Made by a program: the position numbers and the translations under genes
Notes under the pieces: generated by a model
Databases searched by the model: none
What the model was told of the DNA's origin: nothing
The model's input: only the letters and a program-made list of their open reading frames with translations
Assembly: GCA_029251265.1 (NCBI GenBank)
Contig: JAQXDR010000070.1
Location: forward strand, 11,724-75,723
Source: Pseudoprimorskyibacter sp.
GTDB taxonomy: Bacteria; Pseudomonadota; Alphaproteobacteria; Rhodobacterales; Rhodobacteraceae
Reading direction: 5' to 3'
DNA: 64,000 bases
Shown: positions 62,034 through 64,000 of the stretch, one piece after another
Numbering within the stretch: position 1 is the stretch's first letter
How the letters are laid out: each line of letters opens with the position of its first letter

Positions 62034-62106
62034 AACGCAGTCGGATTTAAATCTATATGCCCGTTGCGTTTGACCAAACATTGGTAATTCGCGGCGGGGG
62101 GAAATC

Positions 62107-63303
62107 ATGGCACCGGGCAATCGCGTCCTTTTGATTATTTCGGGCGGTATCGCAGCCTATAAATCCCTGGAATTGATACGGCTTCTCAAAAAGTCAGGCA
62201 TAGATGTATCGCCGGTGATGACGCCGTCCGCCGCAGAATTCGTGACTCCTTTGTCTGTGTCAGCGTTGAGCGGTGAGAAGGTGTATACAAGCCTTTTCGA
62301 TCTAACAGACGAAGCTGAGATGGGTCACATACAGCTTAGCAGGGTGGCAGATCTAGTTGTGGTCGCCCCTGCAACGGCCCATCTCATGGCGCGTGCGGCA
62401 CAGGGCCAAGCAGATGACCTTGCGACAACGGTATTGCTTGCGACTGACACACCCGTGCTTATGGCGCCAGCGATGAACGTTCGCATGTGGGATCATCCTG
62501 CCACACAGCGCAATTGTGAACAGCTTGTCAGAGATGGTGTGCAATTTGTGGGTCCGAACAAGGGTTCTATGGCCTGCGGAGAATACGGATCTGGCCGAAT
62601 GGCAGAACCATCTGAGATTTGTCAAGCAGTTCAGGCCCGTCTGACAACCGGGCCCTTAACAGGCAAAAAGATCGTCGTCACGTCGGGGCCAACCCATGAA
62701 CCGATTGATCCCGTCCGATATATTGCCAATCGCTCCTCTGGAGCTCAAGGAACTGCACTGGCCGTAGCCCTCAGGGATCTAGGGGCCGATGTAACCTTTG
62801 TGACTGGCCCCGCCGATGTGGCTCCGCCGCAGGGCGTGCGTGTGGTGTCCGTGCAAACAGCTTTTGAAATGCAGCTGGCCGTATCAGAAGCGTTACCCGC
62901 GGATGCCGCCATATTTGCTGCGGCGGTTTCTGATTTCAGGATAGCACAGCCGAACTCAAGCAAAATCAAGAAAGACGGAGACGCAGCTCCGCAACTCGAA
63001 TTTGCTCTGAACCCTGATATTTTAGCGGGGATTGCACAGCTGCAGGATGGTCGCCCCGGTCTTGTCGTGGGGTTTGCGGCGGAAACGGATGATGTGATCG
63101 CGCATGCAACGGCCAAAAGAAGCCGCAAGGGGTGCGATTGGATTGTGGCCAACGATGTGCGTCCGGATACCGGCATTATGGGGGGCACAGAAAATGCCGT
63201 GACACTGATCACAGCATCTGGTTCAGAAAGCTGGCCACGTATGTCCAAAACCGCAGTTGCGCAGGCCCTTGCGCAGCGTATTGCAGATACGTTGTCAGAG
63301 TAG
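62107..63303 (+). CDS. coaBC: bifunctional phosphopantothenoylcysteine decarboxylase / phosphopantothenate-cysteine ligase
   Basis: 398 aa with an N-terminal flavoprotein domain (GGIAAYK) and a C-terminal CoaB domain. Confidence 0.9.
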   Translation: MAPGNRVLLIISGGIAAYKSLELIRLLKKSGIDVSPVMTPSAAEFVTPLSVSALSGEKVYTSLFDLTDEAEMGHIQLSRVADLVVVAPATAHLMARAAQGQADDLATTVLLATDTPVLMAPAMNVRMWDHPATQRNCEQLVRDGVQFVGPNKGSMACGEYGSGRMAEPSEICQAVQARLTTGPLTGKKIVVTSGPTHEPIDPVRYIANRSSGAQGTALAVALRDLGADVTFVTGPADVAPPQGVRVVSVQTAFEMQLAVSEALPADAAIFAAAVSDFRIAQPNSSKIKKDGDAAPQLEFALNPDILAGIAQLQDGRPGLVVGFAAETDDVIAHATAKRSRKGCDWIVANDVRPDTGIMGGTENAVTLITASGSESWPRMSKTAVAQALAQRIADTLSE

Positions 63304-63309
63304 TCTCAC

Positions 63310-63759
63310 ATGCATGCCCTAAAATTCAAACGATTGCCACAAAATGTGGATCTTCCTTTGCCAGCCTATGCCACGGCCGGGGCGGCTGGAATGGATCTGC
63401 GGGCGTGTCTCCTGGATTCCGCTGTTGTTATTCTTCCCAACAAAATCGCGATTATTCCTACTGGCTTTGCGGTCGAACTGCCGCCCTCTACCGAAATGCA
63501 GATACGGCCAAGATCGGGACTGGCGGTACGCCATGCGATGTTGGTGCCCAATAGCCCGGGAACGGTTGATCAGGACTACCGCGGCGAAATCAGGGTCGCG
63601 TTGCTAAACGCCGGCTCTGAGGCATTTACAATCTCGCATGGGGAGCGCATTGCCCAAGCGGTGATCGCCGCGGTGTTGCGTCCCAATATAGAAGAAACGT
63701 CCGATCTGAGCGCGACAACACGCGGCGAGGGTGGGTTTGGATCAACGGGACGCACCTGA
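63310..63759 (+). CDS. dut: dUTP diphosphatase
   Basis: 149 aa with AGMDL, PRSGLA, GTVDQDYRGE and RGEGGFGSTG motifs. Confidence 0.95.
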   Translation: MHALKFKRLPQNVDLPLPAYATAGAAGMDLRACLLDSAVVILPNKIAIIPTGFAVELPPSTEMQIRPRSGLAVRHAMLVPNSPGTVDQDYRGEIRVALLNAGSEAFTISHGERIAQAVIAAVLRPNIEETSDLSATTRGEGGFGSTGRT

Positions 63760-63842
63760 GCGTTCCATTTCAAACCGACGCTTTCTTATTGGGTTTCGCG
63801 CCGCGGCGGGCTACCTCCAACGGGTGACGTGAAAGGCAAACA

Positions 63843-64000
63843 ATGGCACGCATCCTCTTATTGGCACTGATCTTCTGGGTGTTGACAGGACCTTGGCTTG
63901 GTAAACGCTTTGGTCGCAAAGCTATGTTGACGCTTTCTGTCCGGATGGCAGTTATATTCGGCGGCTACATTGTCGTTCTTGGTATTACCTTTGTCTCGCC
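63843..64000 (+). CDS. partial membrane protein running off the window edge
   Basis: An ATG at 63843 opens a hydrophobic reading frame (MARILLLALIFWVLTGPWLGKRF...) that continues to the end of the window. It is not in the ORF track because the frame is still open. Confidence 0.3.
   Translation, partial: MARILLLALIFWVLTGPWLGKRFGRKAMLTLSVRMAVIFGGYIVVLGITFVS

Overview
This window is mostly conserved chromosomal core from an alphaproteobacterium. It looks like a Rhodobacterales (roseobacter-type) genome, judged from dmdA, a DUF1127 gene followed by CCUCCUCCC hairpins, and alphaproteobacterial synteny such as ftsK-lolA, recF-dnaN-dnaA-rpsT and mutM/ubiE-ubiB.

I support about 55 protein genes, two tRNAs (Thr-UGU and Ala-GGC), one probable SAM-II riboswitch and one tandem small-RNA array. 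I saw no rRNA, no CRISPR array and no intact mobile element.

Many ORF-track entries are antisense shadow ORFs or carry N-terminal extensions. I trimmed starts where a conserved N-terminus and a ribosome-binding site (RBS) indicated an internal ATG.

Regions that are not ordinary housekeeping:
- Minus strand, 25334-25826: a DUF1127 gene whose 3' region carries six stem-loops that all display CCUCCUCCC-type loops (CcaF1/CcsR or 'cuckoo' RNA architecture).
- 5270-7048: a visibly A+T-richer, largely non-coding scar holding an IS3 transposase fragment and an ABC/SMC-type ATPase fragment. It sits next to an orphan asparagine-synthetase-like PP-loop protein.
- Just downstream of tRNA-Thr: a single-gene A+T-rich islet encoding a KAP-family P-loop NTPase.
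- motA is translationally coupled to a 533-aa secreted protein of unknown function, with no motB nearby. An A+T-rich spacer follows, containing a perfect TTAA-N7-TTAA site and a 12-bp palindrome upstream of rpoH.

I found no clearly novel multi-gene system. The items above are the best candidates for follow-up. All homology calls come from motif recognition by eye, not from database searches.
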